From contig CAYVLA010000024.1 in NCBI GenBank assembly GCA_964452145.1, positions 1 through 35,304 on the forward strand: a DNA stretch of 35,304 bases, read 5' to 3'. The notes beneath the pieces were generated by a model that saw nothing but the letters and a program-made list of their open reading frames with translations, was not told the DNA's origin and searched no databases. The DNA comes from Candidatus Hadarchaeota archaeon (lineage in GTDB: Archaea; CAYQAE01; CAYVLA01). Of this stretch, positions 17,165-26,709 are shown one piece after another. Every line of letters begins with the position of its first letter. The first letter of the stretch is position 1. A program made the position numbers and the translations under genes.

Positions 17165-18400
17165 CTAGCCCTCCAATCGTGTGGTGCGAACCTCCTGATA
17201 CAGGGACCTCTTGAACATCAAAACCCAGAGCACCGTGCCAGCGGCCAGCAACACCGCGGTTGTGACCAACCACAGAATCGCATGCACCCAGAACAAGGCA
17301 TCGTCCTTAAGTTTCACCGCATCCCGGTACAACCCCGAGAGCTCCTCCATCGAGGCCCTCAACGAATCATGAGCTGCATCAACATCGCCACCCAGATAGG
17401 ACCCTTCACTCTTCCTTCTTTCCTCCTGCACCCTCCCAAGCCTCTCAAACAACCTCACAGGACTTGCCCCAAACCTCTCCGCAAAGTCTAACAGGCTCGC
17501 CAGAAGCAACTTCATAGAGTCGAAGTTGACCAGGAGCTGTCGATAATCATGCATCCTCAGGGGGTCCGCCGGTAGATCCCTCCCAACGCTGAACCAGACC
17601 ATGTTGACCACGATATCTAGGGAGAACCTGTTGTCCAGATTGCTCCAGAACTCGGGATAGTAGACACAGTCCCTAAATGTGAAGGTGATGGATCTGTTCC
17701 ACCTCCAGTAGAAGACATGTGGGATCTGCCCAGGCACGGGGTATCCAAGGCCGGCATCGTTACGGGTATAGGACAAGACCACCGAACCGGGCTTGGGAAT
17801 GGTGTTGATCTCAGAGCTCACCCCACCCAGAAACCGGATGGGGATCATTTCCCGATAGGGCTTCATTATGTTCGGCAGACCCTCATCACTCCTGATGACA
17901 AGCGGGCCCGGCAGCCCCCCAAAAACCAAGGGATTCGAGACCAGAGCATCGACATCGTTGGGGAAGGCTCTGGAAATGATGCTATCCCTCCACCTCCGGT
18001 TATAGTCGGAGATGATGCTCATGACGCTCCTAGTGTTCACCCCGCCCCTCTGGTGCTCGCTCAAAGCATCGTATATCCATCTCTGGTGCTCCACGGTGAA
18101 GTAATCCATATCGATCGCCTCCAAGAAGAAGAACTCATACTCCAACAACGCACTATAGCTTCTGGGGAAGTAGATCCGCACGAAGCGCTGAATCTGGGCA
18201 CCGCTCAGCACCGACCAGACCCTCGTCGGGATCACGATGGGCTCGGTCGACGGCTCCGCTGTGAACCAACCCGAAAGCACGGGCATGCCAACATCTATCC
18301 CGGTAGCGAGAACCTTGATCCTCTGGGGCCTCTCCTCACCCGAGCAGATCTGCGGAACGAGGCAGAATGCCAAGAGCAAGGAGACGAGCTTCCTGTTCAA
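17165..18400 (-). CDS. Hypothetical exported protein with signal peptide and C-terminal membrane anchor
   Basis: 411-aa ORF with N-terminal MNRKLVSLLLAFCLV, a helical stalk and a C-terminal hydrophobic segment ALFWVHAILWLVTTAVLLAAGTVLWVLM followed by basic residues. GGTGG lies upstream of the TTG. Confidence 0.8.
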   Translation of the reverse strand: MNRKLVSLLLAFCLVPQICSGEERPQRIKVLATGIDVGMPVLSGWFTAEPSTEPIVIPTRVWSVLSGAQIQRFVRIYFPRSYSALLEYEFFFLEAIDMDYFTVEHQRWIYDALSEHQRGGVNTRSVMSIISDYNRRWRDSIISRAFPNDVDALVSNPLVFGGLPGPLVIRSDEGLPNIMKPYREMIPIRFLGGVSSEINTIPKPGSVVLSYTRNDAGLGYPVPGQIPHVFYWRWNRSITFTFRDCVYYPEFWSNLDNRFSLDIVVNMVWFSVGRDLPADPLRMHDYRQLLVNFDSMKLLLASLLDFAERFGASPVRLFERLGRVQEERRKSEGSYLGGDVDAAHDSLRASMEELSGLYRDAVKLKDDALFWVHAILWLVTTAVLLAAGTVLWVLMFKRSLYQEVRTTRLEG

Positions 18401-18650
18401 CCTACCACCCCGGAATGTGTGCCATCTTTCCTGCCTGATTCCATACCGTCATCCACCTGTAGTTTCCCACTGGTCCCACGCAGATGTGTGGCGCTCCTCG
18501 CCCTCACCCACGGATCATGACGACCAGCCCCGGCATCCAACCCGTCTCCAATCCCCTCGACGCCCCTGTTCACTCCCAGGATCATCCACCTGGAAATGAT
18601 GGAAGAGTCCAGAGCAGGCGGCATACCCGCCGCGACGCGGCGACCATCGA

Positions 18651-19862
18651 TCAGCGACCTCTTGACAACTTCGGCCGGTCGTCCATCGGCTCGTCCCTGG
18701 AACCATACTGGTCGCCCCCCGACTGGCCCACGGCCTTCCGGTAGGAGTAAACCCAAGGTATGGCGAAATCCACCTTGTCCGATCTCCTGAAGGCTTCGAC
18801 TATGAGGTCGGTGATATCGCTTGTGATACGAGGTCTATCCGTCGCGATGGTCATGAATCTCAGCCTGTTGTAGACCCCGTAGTCGTACATGTCGCACCTC
18901 ACATACGGCTCCATGCCCGTCTCCGCTATGATCTCTCCCGTGACCTTTCTCGCTGCGTCCACTAGAATCCGCTTGACCTCCGCAGGATCGGAGTCGAATG
19001 TGGCCCTGACAACGACCTCGTCCAGGACGTATCGCGACCCCTGGCCTTCATCCTTCCCTCCCGCCGGCACGAGGCTTGAGGTGTAGTTGATTATCACGTT
19101 GGCCCAGAGAACGGCGTTGGGTATCAGTATCTCCCTGTTGGACTTGTCCTCTCCGCCAACTGTTCCCCCGACCTGGTTCAGCCTGGTGTGCATCACACCA
19201 ACGTCCAGCACGTCACCTATCAGCCCCCAGCTCGGAAAGAGCACTCGATCACCAACCTTGAAGGGACGTTTGATCGTTATGAGGATCCAGGCCACGAATC
19301 CCGAAACAGGGCCCTGCAGGGACCACCCCAAGAACATCCCTGCAAACGCACCGATGACTGCGAGGAGCGCCCCGACCTTGAAGATTACGCTCAGAACCGC
19401 AAATGTGGTTATCAGCATCATCAGGGCTCTGATCAGGCCCTTGATCATCACCAGGTCGCCCTCCTTCTCCGGGTGCCGCTTGGCCTGTGCATCCATAGTC
19501 CTGGCCGGAATCACGTATATGAGCCACATCGTGAGCACGATGGACAGGATCGTCAGCGCCATTGGAAGCGGATCTCTGGGCAGTTCTTCGTCGAACACGG
19601 CTAGCGCGAAATACCCGGCCTCGTTAAGAAACGCCAGGATGATCACGGCGGACACGACCAGCAGGACGAAGCGGAAGGTCCGTCTGGCTATCGAGCGCAG
19701 GGCGATGGCGTTTTCCTGGGTCTGGGCTTGTTGCGGGTCCTGGCCTTGCACCACTCCATCAACTCCATACCGAGTCAGGGTGGCTGCAAAAAACTCTTTC
19801 CTGCACTGTTCGATCTGGCGACTGGCCTTGATGGGATCGAACTTCGAACCTAGATGGGACAA
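18651..19862 (-). CDS. Small-conductance mechanosensitive channel (MscS family)
   Basis: Several TM helices, then GWSLQGPVSGFVA...KRPFKVGDRV....GDVLDVG...T...IPN.......INY. Confidence 0.9.
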   Translation of the reverse strand: MSHLGSKFDPIKASRQIEQCRKEFFAATLTRYGVDGVVQGQDPQQAQTQENAIALRSIARRTFRFVLLVVSAVIILAFLNEAGYFALAVFDEELPRDPLPMALTILSIVLTMWLIYVIPARTMDAQAKRHPEKEGDLVMIKGLIRALMMLITTFAVLSVIFKVGALLAVIGAFAGMFLGWSLQGPVSGFVAWILITIKRPFKVGDRVLFPSWGLIGDVLDVGVMHTRLNQVGGTVGGEDKSNREILIPNAVLWANVIINYTSSLVPAGGKDEGQGSRYVLDEVVVRATFDSDPAEVKRILVDAARKVTGEIIAETGMEPYVRCDMYDYGVYNRLRFMTIATDRPRITSDITDLIVEAFRRSDKVDFAIPWVYSYRKAVGQSGGDQYGSRDEPMDDRPKLSRGR

Positions 19863-19960
19863 CAGGATCCCTTGCCTTGGAATCGCTGCGGATCAGCCGG
19901 AGTTGAAATCGGCCTTCGAGAACCTGCCGAGCAGGAAAGAATGCTGAGACGTCTTCGGCC

Positions 19961-20896
19961 TCACAGAAGCGACCCAAGGGGAACAGGAGTCTCCTTTCGC
20001 ATCTCGACGACTATCGTCGTAACTGTGTCAATCACGCCCTGGACCTCGTAGACCCATTTGAGGAACCTGTCCAGCGATGTCAGATCGGCCGAGAATATCT
20101 CGGCGAACAGACCGTACTCCTCTCCGGTGCGGTAGAGGGAGAGGATCTCCGTCCTCCGCGTCATTGCCTCAGCAGCTACTGTGGTTTGTCCTGGGTCGGT
20201 TCTGAGGCGCACAAACGCCCGGATTCCAGGGTCCCTCCTCCAGCGTCGGGGCCTAACGGTGAACTGCCTGATGACCCCGCTGGATACAAGTCTGCCGAGC
20301 CTCTTCTGGACGAGCGATCTGGACACCGTCCTGCCGAGCTCGCCCTGCATCTCGCGTGCAAGTCGCCACAGAGGCCATGGAGCTTCACCTTCCTGTCTAA
20401 GCAGTATCCTCAGCAGCGCCCTGTCCACCTCGTCCAGACCGACCGGGGATCGCGGCGCGTAGGCGAGATCCCTTTCCTTGTAGGTCTCAATCACATCTAC
20501 TATCCTGTATCTCTTGGCGGAGGTGGATGCTATGAGGGGGTCGACCGAGTGCAGCCCGGCAGCCAGTTCAACGCTATTCGCAAACGCAAGCTTGAAGACC
20601 AGTCCGTACTCCCCGATCACACCGTCCGATCCGATGCAGTCATCCAGGGATTCGATGGCCCGAAGAAGCCAAGCTTCTTTGGGGTTGGTCTTGACCTCCA
20701 AGTAGACGAGCCGCTCAAGACCCAGAGCGAGGCGATCCAACTCCACCTGATAGCCCGCCAGCCTCCCCTCTCCGAAAACGGAGTTCAACCTCCGCTTGAC
20801 GGTGGACCTGGAGATGGCCAGAGATCTTGCGATCTCTGAGAAGGTCACCCGGTAGTCGTTCTCCAGTGAGTGTACAATCCTGCGATCCAGCTCCAT
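19961..20896 (-). CDS. Lrp/AsnC-family regulator with two tandem HTH+RAM modules
   Basis: Module 1 is ELDRRIV..L..D.R..FSEIARSL.ISRSTV.RR...GEYGL. Module 2 is LDEVDR.LL..L...LARE...VSRSLV.KR..RL...GVI...TGEEYGL...GVIDTVT. Confidence 0.85.
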   Translation of the reverse strand: MELDRRIVHSLENDYRVTFSEIARSLAISRSTVKRRLNSVFGEGRLAGYQVELDRLALGLERLVYLEVKTNPKEAWLLRAIESLDDCIGSDGVIGEYGLVFKLAFANSVELAAGLHSVDPLIASTSAKRYRIVDVIETYKERDLAYAPRSPVGLDEVDRALLRILLRQEGEAPWPLWRLAREMQGELGRTVSRSLVQKRLGRLVSSGVIRQFTVRPRRWRRDPGIRAFVRLRTDPGQTTVAAEAMTRRTEILSLYRTGEEYGLFAEIFSADLTSLDRFLKWVYEVQGVIDTVTTIVVEMRKETPVPLGSLL

Positions 20897-20996
20897 GTGA
20901 ACACATGATACGTCTCGTCTCGCATATGTATCTTTTGTATCCTAAAGCGGCCGATACACTTATACTGGGGTGCAGCAATGGTCTCACGGTGATGAC

Positions 20997-22253
20997 TTGG
21001 ACTACAAGGTCAAGGACATCGGGCTTTCTGAGTCCGGCCGGCTCTCCATAGAATGGGCCCAGAGAAACATGCCCGTTCTCCGGAACCTCTCCGAGGAATT
21101 GAGAAGCCAGAAACGTCTGGCGGGAATCCGAGTCGCTGCCTGCCTTCACATAACGAAGGAAACGGCTGCGTTGATCCTCGGCCTGAGGGAGGCCGGGGCG
21201 GACGTATCCCTCTGCCCGTCCAATCCCTTGAGCACCCAGGATGAGGTAGCGGCCCACCTGGCCAAGCTTGGGGTAGAGGTCTACGGATGGAGAGGCCTCG
21301 ACACGAAGGACTACTACTGGTGTATCGAGAAGGCAAGCGCGATCAGACCACACATCATCCTGGACGACGGGGCCGATCTGATCTCGCATGTCCACAAATC
21401 CAATCCATCATGGATCGATGAGGTCATGGGGGGACAGGAGGAGACCACGACGGGTGTGATGAGGTTCCGATCGATGGAGGCGCACGGCGTTCTGAAGTTC
21501 CCGGTCATCGCGGTCAACGATGCCAAGGTGAAGTGGGAGATGGACAACGTATTCGGCACCGGGCAGTCGGCCCTTCACGGCATCCTCAACGGCACCAAGA
21601 TGCTCATAGCGGGCAAAAGCGTGGTGGTCTGTGGATACGGGCACTGTGGAAGGGGAATAGCCGACCGGGCAAGGGGTCTCGGAGCCCAGGTGATCATCAC
21701 GGAGGTCGACCCTCACAGGGCCCTTACAGCCTCTCTGGAGGGTTACAGAGTCCTGCCGATGCTCCAGGCCGCGTCCGTCGGGGATCTCTTCATCACCGCC
21801 ACCGGCAACAGGAACGTCGTGAGACGGGCGCACATGGAGAGAATGAAGGACGGAGCGATCCTCGCCAACGCGGGACACTTCAACGTGGAGATATCCCTGG
21901 ACGATCTGGACTCGCTAACCCGGAGCAAGCGCGAGATCCAGCCCATGGTCGAGGAAAGGAGGCTCTCCAACGGGCGGACGCTCTTGCTTCTAGCCGAAGG
22001 CAGGCTCGTCAATCTAGCACTTGCCTACGGACACCCCAGCGAAGTCATGGACATGAGCTTCTCGGTCCACGCGCTCACCGCGCTGTGGCTCAAAGACAAC
22101 CATGCACGACTGGACAGGGGCAAGGTTCACAGGGTCCCGGCCGAGATAGATGACGAGGTCGCGACGCGAAAGCTCTCGACCATGGGGGTGACAATCGACC
22201 TCCTGACTCCCGAACAGAAGAAATACATGCAAAGCTGGGAGCTGGGAACATAA
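20997..22253 (+). CDS. ahcY: S-adenosylhomocysteine hydrolase (adenosylhomocysteinase; could act on SIH)
   Basis: MPVL, ACLHIT.ETA, SNPLSTQD, LDDGADL, EETTTG, AVNDA, GYGHCGRG, NAGHF, EGRLVNL, GHPSEVMDMSF. TTG start at 20997 after GGTGA. Confidence 0.95.
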   Translation: MDYKVKDIGLSESGRLSIEWAQRNMPVLRNLSEELRSQKRLAGIRVAACLHITKETAALILGLREAGADVSLCPSNPLSTQDEVAAHLAKLGVEVYGWRGLDTKDYYWCIEKASAIRPHIILDDGADLISHVHKSNPSWIDEVMGGQEETTTGVMRFRSMEAHGVLKFPVIAVNDAKVKWEMDNVFGTGQSALHGILNGTKMLIAGKSVVVCGYGHCGRGIADRARGLGAQVIITEVDPHRALTASLEGYRVLPMLQAASVGDLFITATGNRNVVRRAHMERMKDGAILANAGHFNVEISLDDLDSLTRSKREIQPMVEERRLSNGRTLLLLAEGRLVNLALAYGHPSEVMDMSFSVHALTALWLKDNHARLDRGKVHRVPAEIDDEVATRKLSTMGVTIDLLTPEQKKYMQSWELGT

Positions 22254-22343
22254 CACAGCGGCGCCGGCGCCGGAAACCTTTTATCAATCGGAGGGGCTGC
22301 GTGCCCCGCACCATAATCCAAGGTTGCCTCCCATCACCTAGGC

Positions 22344-23147
22344 ATGATTCGACATCTACCTTCGGGCTTCCCCGAATTTGATGAGTGGTTCACGATACCC
22401 TCCCCGGGTTACACTGTCTTCTGGCTGATGCCGGAGACCTGCGACGACCCCAAAAACCTTGTCTCGCGGTGGATCGCATCCTCGGTTCAGAAGAGCAAGG
22501 CGTTCGTGGTCCACTGCACGAGATCGAATGTCGACGGGTTCCTCAGCCTTCTACAAAGATCCGATCCCGGATGCGCATCTACCATACTCGGCCTAGGTTC
22601 GAGGATGCACTTCCTGGACTCGTATTCGGCCCGTCTGGAGATGTTCGGGGGGCCTCTCAGAGACTACCAGGGCCTGGACATACGGTACGTGACGGATACC
22701 TGCCGGATCCGAGGCGCCGGTACGCTCTCGGACGTGATGAGGGAACTGAGAGAGGAGTGCCATCTGGAGGACTTCGTGGGAATAGAGAACAGCCTGACCG
22801 ATCTGGCCATGGATATGGGGGAGGCCCAGCACGCCAAGCTCTTCTCCGAGCTGGTATCCCGTATGAGATCTAGGAGGGGCACGATGATCGGAATGGCGGA
22901 CTGGTACTCCCACGGCGAACTCTACAAGGCAAGCATAATCCATCTTGCAGACGCATCGATACTTTGGGGGATTACCTCAGGCAGCAACAAGGTCAAGTAC
23001 CTGCTTCCCATCAAGCGGAGCGAGGCGGCTCCCGCATCCTCTTACGAACCCCAGCCCTACAGCGTCGGACCATCCCGCTTCGAGATCCTGCCCGCGAAGC
23101 CAGGCCCAGCGAGGAACGTTCAGTCTCCCGAGGCATGCTACCTCTAG
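22344..23147 (+). CDS. Degenerate RecA/KaiC(RAD55)-like ATPase domain protein
   Basis: LPSGFPEFDE resembles the KaiC-family TGI..LD start. HFLDSYS, ENSLTDL and HLADASI also match that fold. No Walker A GKT. Confidence 0.6.
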   Translation: MIRHLPSGFPEFDEWFTIPSPGYTVFWLMPETCDDPKNLVSRWIASSVQKSKAFVVHCTRSNVDGFLSLLQRSDPGCASTILGLGSRMHFLDSYSARLEMFGGPLRDYQGLDIRYVTDTCRIRGAGTLSDVMRELREECHLEDFVGIENSLTDLAMDMGEAQHAKLFSELVSRMRSRRGTMIGMADWYSHGELYKASIIHLADASILWGITSGSNKVKYLLPIKRSEAAPASSYEPQPYSVGPSRFEILPAKPGPARNVQSPEACYL

Positions 23148-23213
23148 CAAGGCTACCACGACGGGCGAACACATGGCCCGATTCATGACATGCCGTCGAC
23201 ACCAGCCGGCGGA

Positions 23214-23486
23214 CTACTCCTTGGACGCAAGAGCTAGGTACTGAAGATCCTTCAGCATCTTCAGGGCTTCCTCGCTCTTCCTTACCGAATCCGGGAACCT
23301 GAAACGTCCATGCAGCCCCTCCGCGTCGCTGAGGATCCGGGACACGGCCTCCAGCTTTGAGGCTATCTCGGGCTTGTCGGTCCCTGCCTTTTGAACGAGA
23401 GACTCAAGCGATGCCTTGGACCTGCGTATCTCCTCAATGCGCTTCTTGGACCTGTGCATCCAGATATCGTAGTACCGGTAGGCCAT
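23214..23486 (-). CDS. Hypothetical helical protein (90 aa)
   Basis: Clean ORF with protein-like composition, 11 bp downstream of the 391-aa gene on the same strand. Confidence 0.65.
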   Translation of the reverse strand: MAYRYYDIWMHRSKKRIEEIRRSKASLESLVQKAGTDKPEIASKLEAVSRILSDAEGLHGRFRFPDSVRKSEEALKMLKDLQYLALASKE

Positions 23487-23497
23487 GGGTCATGCCC

Positions 23498-24673
23498 CTA
23501 ATCCAAACCCATCATCGAGCAGATCCGGGATCCCTGGGGGACGGAGGACATCTTCGTCCTGTACTCGTCAATCTTCAGATACCGCTCGGTTCTCTTTCCT
23601 TCAGTGTCCTCAGCCTTCAGGTTCAGCTCGCCCCTTACCAAGCCCTTCTGGCGGATTGAAGCTATCGTTGGGGCGTACTCCTTGGCAGTCCTCTCGATGA
23701 ACTTCTCGGTCAGATCCTCCCGTACTAGATCGGCTCCGTCAAGCTCGACCTTATTGATGGATTTCTTCTTGTTGATGAGGCCGTAGAAGTGGCCCAGGAG
23801 GTACTTCGCGAACTCCTCCAGATTCTTGCCCAAGTGCCTCTTAAGCTGGTCGTCCTTCAGGATGTCGGTCTTGCACCCGTCATCATCGACGTACACCAGG
23901 CACTGAAGCTTGGTCTCTCCTGGTCTGAGCTCCATCTCGAGACGGGTCTTATCCCCCGGACCCTTGGCAAGCGTAACCCGAAGAATCGTCTCCGCGTTGG
24001 AACGGTACAGAGCCTCCGTCATGATCCAATCATTGATGGATATGAACCGGGGCCTCTTCTCCTTGCTGAGGACCTTCTGCTTCATGACCGCTGGGACCTC
24101 AACCGGCTTCTCCGTGAAGTCGGATACGCGCTTCTCCTTCTCGGAGAAATCGAGATCGTACACGTAGGAGGTGCCGTTGTTGCAGGTCACCGAGACCTGG
24201 GAATCATAGAGTTTGTCCTTCAGGGATGCTGAGATCTCCACCTGCGCGATGCTCAGGGGATCGTAGTGGAGAAACTCGCCCACTATCTGGAGTAGGCTCT
24301 GTTGTCGCTTGGCAAGCTCCTTCCTCAGGCCCTCAAGAACCGTTTCGAATCTCTGCCTCTCTGACTCGTGGAACCCAGCCACCTTCTCCTCGGCCGCCGA
24401 CCTTATCCCCTCTGCCACCGCGGCATATCGGTCGACTCCGAAATCCGTCGCAACAGCGCCAATCGATTGGGCCATCGCCTCTCCGAGACGATTGATCTCC
24501 TGGAGCTGGGACTCCCTCTTCGAATCCATGTCCCGAATCCTCCTCTTGAGATCCGCGACCTGCTCCTGGGTCGGCAAGGCCTCTACTGCAACGTCCGAGA
24601 ATCTCTGAAGGAGATCGACGAAATCCCTCTGCAAGGGAAACTCGCTGGAATCGGCATACAGGTACCTCAACAT
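23498..24673 (-). CDS. Hypothetical protein with N-terminal coiled coil
   Basis: 391-aa K/E-rich ORF with a heptad-like region in roughly aa 35-130. An AT-rich TTTAA lies about 30 nt upstream. Confidence 0.8.
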   Translation of the reverse strand: MLRYLYADSSEFPLQRDFVDLLQRFSDVAVEALPTQEQVADLKRRIRDMDSKRESQLQEINRLGEAMAQSIGAVATDFGVDRYAAVAEGIRSAAEEKVAGFHESERQRFETVLEGLRKELAKRQQSLLQIVGEFLHYDPLSIAQVEISASLKDKLYDSQVSVTCNNGTSYVYDLDFSEKEKRVSDFTEKPVEVPAVMKQKVLSKEKRPRFISINDWIMTEALYRSNAETILRVTLAKGPGDKTRLEMELRPGETKLQCLVYVDDDGCKTDILKDDQLKRHLGKNLEEFAKYLLGHFYGLINKKKSINKVELDGADLVREDLTEKFIERTAKEYAPTIASIRQKGLVRGELNLKAEDTEGKRTERYLKIDEYRTKMSSVPQGSRICSMMGLD

Positions 24674-24745
24674 GGGGATCGGCCTACAATCAGTCTCAGC
24701 ACGTTAAATATCTACCGATCTGCGCTCAACGCTAACCGTCATTGG

Positions 24746-26266
24746 TCAACAAAACCGGCGCATCCTCAAATTCGAGAACTCCACCTCTCCCTCGGATACG
24801 AAAAGTCCCAACAAGCCGGTGGGAGGGGAATAGCATCTGGCGCTGAGGGCCACTTCGCCATCCACGTATGTCTCCACGATCGAGTCATCGGTCAGGATCT
24901 TCAAGTCGACGCTTGTTGTACAGCCACGCGGCAGGGGTCGCTCCAGGAGAAAGGGTTGATCCCCGGGCCGCGGCCACCTGTCCAGGACCACGCGCCTGCG
25001 ACCGGGTTCGATGCGAATCTGATGGTAACGCTCAAGACTTTCGTCGGTACGGAGCAGGACGCCGCAACCCCGGGTGTCGGGGGACCACGAGATGCGTATG
25101 TCCAGCAGCGACGGATCCGCAACCGCGGCCAAGGAGCACCACGCGAAACAATCGAGGGCCTCGCAGCGTGCGGTCCCGTTTCCCAGTCTCCATTTGCCCA
25201 TCCGGGGCATCGGGCAGATTTGCATCTCGCCGCCGAACGCCGCCGCCAACTCCTGGGGGATCCTGGCCCCGAGGCATCCGTCGGCGGACTGGACGAGTTC
25301 GTGGACGATAAGCGATCCTCCCCACTGCCAGGCACCTTCATCGCTGTCCCCGGTCCTGGTGGGGTTCCAGCCGAAGGCGAAACGCCGCCTTCCGTCCCCA
25401 GCCGTTTTGGCAGCGTAGAACGCCCTTCCGTCAAAGGCGTCGTCTGCCGGTGCCCTCCAAGGCCCTGACAGGCCCGTGCTCATCCGATAATGGGTGAGGA
25501 AGCGCTCCGAAAAGGTTGAATAGACCAGATACCACCATCTCCCCCACCGGAAGAGATCGGGGCACTCGTGGATCGAGCATAACCCGGGAGCCCAGAATGG
25601 ACCCAAAACCTCCCAGCCCTCCAGATCGTCAGAAACCGCCAACCCGATGCATCCCCGCTTGCTCAAAGGGCCATTGTTGAGCCTGGCGGCCACCAGCATC
25701 CAATACTCCTCCGCCTCCGAGTTCCAGAAGACGAAGGGATCCCTCCAATCATCTGTCTCATAAAGATCCGGATCGGCATACAGTATCCCCGATAACTGCT
25801 TGGTCCAGTGAACCAGATCGGACGAACTTGCGTGCAGGATTCCCTGAGCGGGCTTGCCCGCCTTTGGGAAGTGAGGATTGTGTCCGGTATAATAGATGTG
25901 GAAACTGCCCCCCCTTTGCACGACGCAGCCCGTGAAGACGTATAGATCCTGGTCCTCGAGACTCCCCCGCGGGAGGGCCTCGCCGTAATCTGCGAACTTG
26001 AGGAAATCCCTCGTGGAGATATGATACCACGGCATGCCTTCCCCCGGCTTGGTCCCCCGGAAGTCCTTGAGGTAGAAGAGGTGATAGTCCCCCTTCCAGA
26101 AGAACGGTATGAAGTCGCCCGCCCAGGCATCGGCCGGCTTATAGAAGATGCGTCTGCACTTCTGGCGTCCCGTCAAGCTCCCTATCTCCGAAGGCGGGCC
26201 CACCCTGCGATGGCTGGCCTTATTACTATCTTCTACAATCTTCAACCACCGTTCATCACCCGCCAA
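24746..26266 (-). CDS. Glycoside hydrolase family 32-like (beta-fructofuranosidase-like); start uncertain
   Basis: WAGDFIPF..G.YHLFY, FTGCVV, WRDPFV, ECPD, FYAAKT, WQWGG, C-terminal beta-sandwich D.SIVE.YV. Confidence 0.88.
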   Translation of the reverse strand: MAGDERWLKIVEDSNKASHRRVGPPSEIGSLTGRQKCRRIFYKPADAWAGDFIPFFWKGDYHLFYLKDFRGTKPGEGMPWYHISTRDFLKFADYGEALPRGSLEDQDLYVFTGCVVQRGGSFHIYYTGHNPHFPKAGKPAQGILHASSSDLVHWTKQLSGILYADPDLYETDDWRDPFVFWNSEAEEYWMLVAARLNNGPLSKRGCIGLAVSDDLEGWEVLGPFWAPGLCSIHECPDLFRWGRWWYLVYSTFSERFLTHYRMSTGLSGPWRAPADDAFDGRAFYAAKTAGDGRRRFAFGWNPTRTGDSDEGAWQWGGSLIVHELVQSADGCLGARIPQELAAAFGGEMQICPMPRMGKWRLGNGTARCEALDCFAWCSLAAVADPSLLDIRISWSPDTRGCGVLLRTDESLERYHQIRIEPGRRRVVLDRWPRPGDQPFLLERPLPRGCTTSVDLKILTDDSIVETYVDGEVALSARCYSPPTGLLGLFVSEGEVEFSNLRMRRFC

Positions 26267-26335
26267 GGATGATGGTGGGCAGACATTCTACATCAACCTC
26301 CTAAGAGAAGGGCTCTCACCCTGACATTGAGGATA

Positions 26336-26361
26336 TTTCGTTAAGTTTTTAAGGAACGAAA
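26336..26361 (+). promoter_or_regulatory. TATA box (TTTTTAAG, 26346-26353) inside a TTTCGTT-N12-AACGAAA dyad, upstream of the ncRNA cassette
   Basis: AT-rich island just upstream of the structured region, which starts at 26370. A perfect 7-bp inverted repeat flanks the box. Confidence 0.65.
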
Positions 26362-26400
26362 GGATATCACCGCTTCCCTGCTTTGGTCTGCAGGGCAGAT

Positions 26401-26709
26401 AGGAAGCGGACGCCACGGGAACTCGGCTCCGGAATCCCGGGTTCGGGGGCCGGTGGTGAGCACCACTGCGTCCAGGGGCCTAGGTCCAGGGACGCATGGA
26501 GCTTGGGCCAAGGGATTGATCCGCAATGCTCCGGAGTCCCCGGAAGCGGCGGAGAAAATCGGTCTCCCGCAAGGGTCCTCATCCCGGTGAGGCATGGACC
26601 GTCCCAACCATCCCAGAAGGGACGGGAAACAGGGGTGAGCAAAGGAACGGGTTGCCAGACCCAAGCCTCAGAAGAGGACTGGAAACCCGTCTGATCCGCT
26701 TCCCTGCAA
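26401..26709 (+). ncRNA. BHB-flanked structured RNA unit 1 (predicted 309-nt excised/circular RNA)
   Basis: hBHBh' motif. Outer helix GGTCTGCAGG (26385-394)/CCTGCGGACC (26711-720). Central helix GCAG/CTGC. Bulges ATA (26399-401) and AAG (26708-710). Inner helix GGAAGCGGA/TCCGCTTCC. Many internal hairpins. Confidence 0.75.

Noticed and set aside
18401..18650. 250-bp gap between the MscS gene and the exported-protein gene as an ncRNA or small gene
   Set aside because: No convincing stems, BHB or protein motif. Only short chance-level matches (AACAGGGG, ACGGGTTG on the minus strand) to the cassette.
26401..26709. Circularly permuted tRNA-Cys
   Set aside because: The junction loop is anticodon-like, but no T-arm (TTCRA), D-arm or acceptor stem can be assembled.
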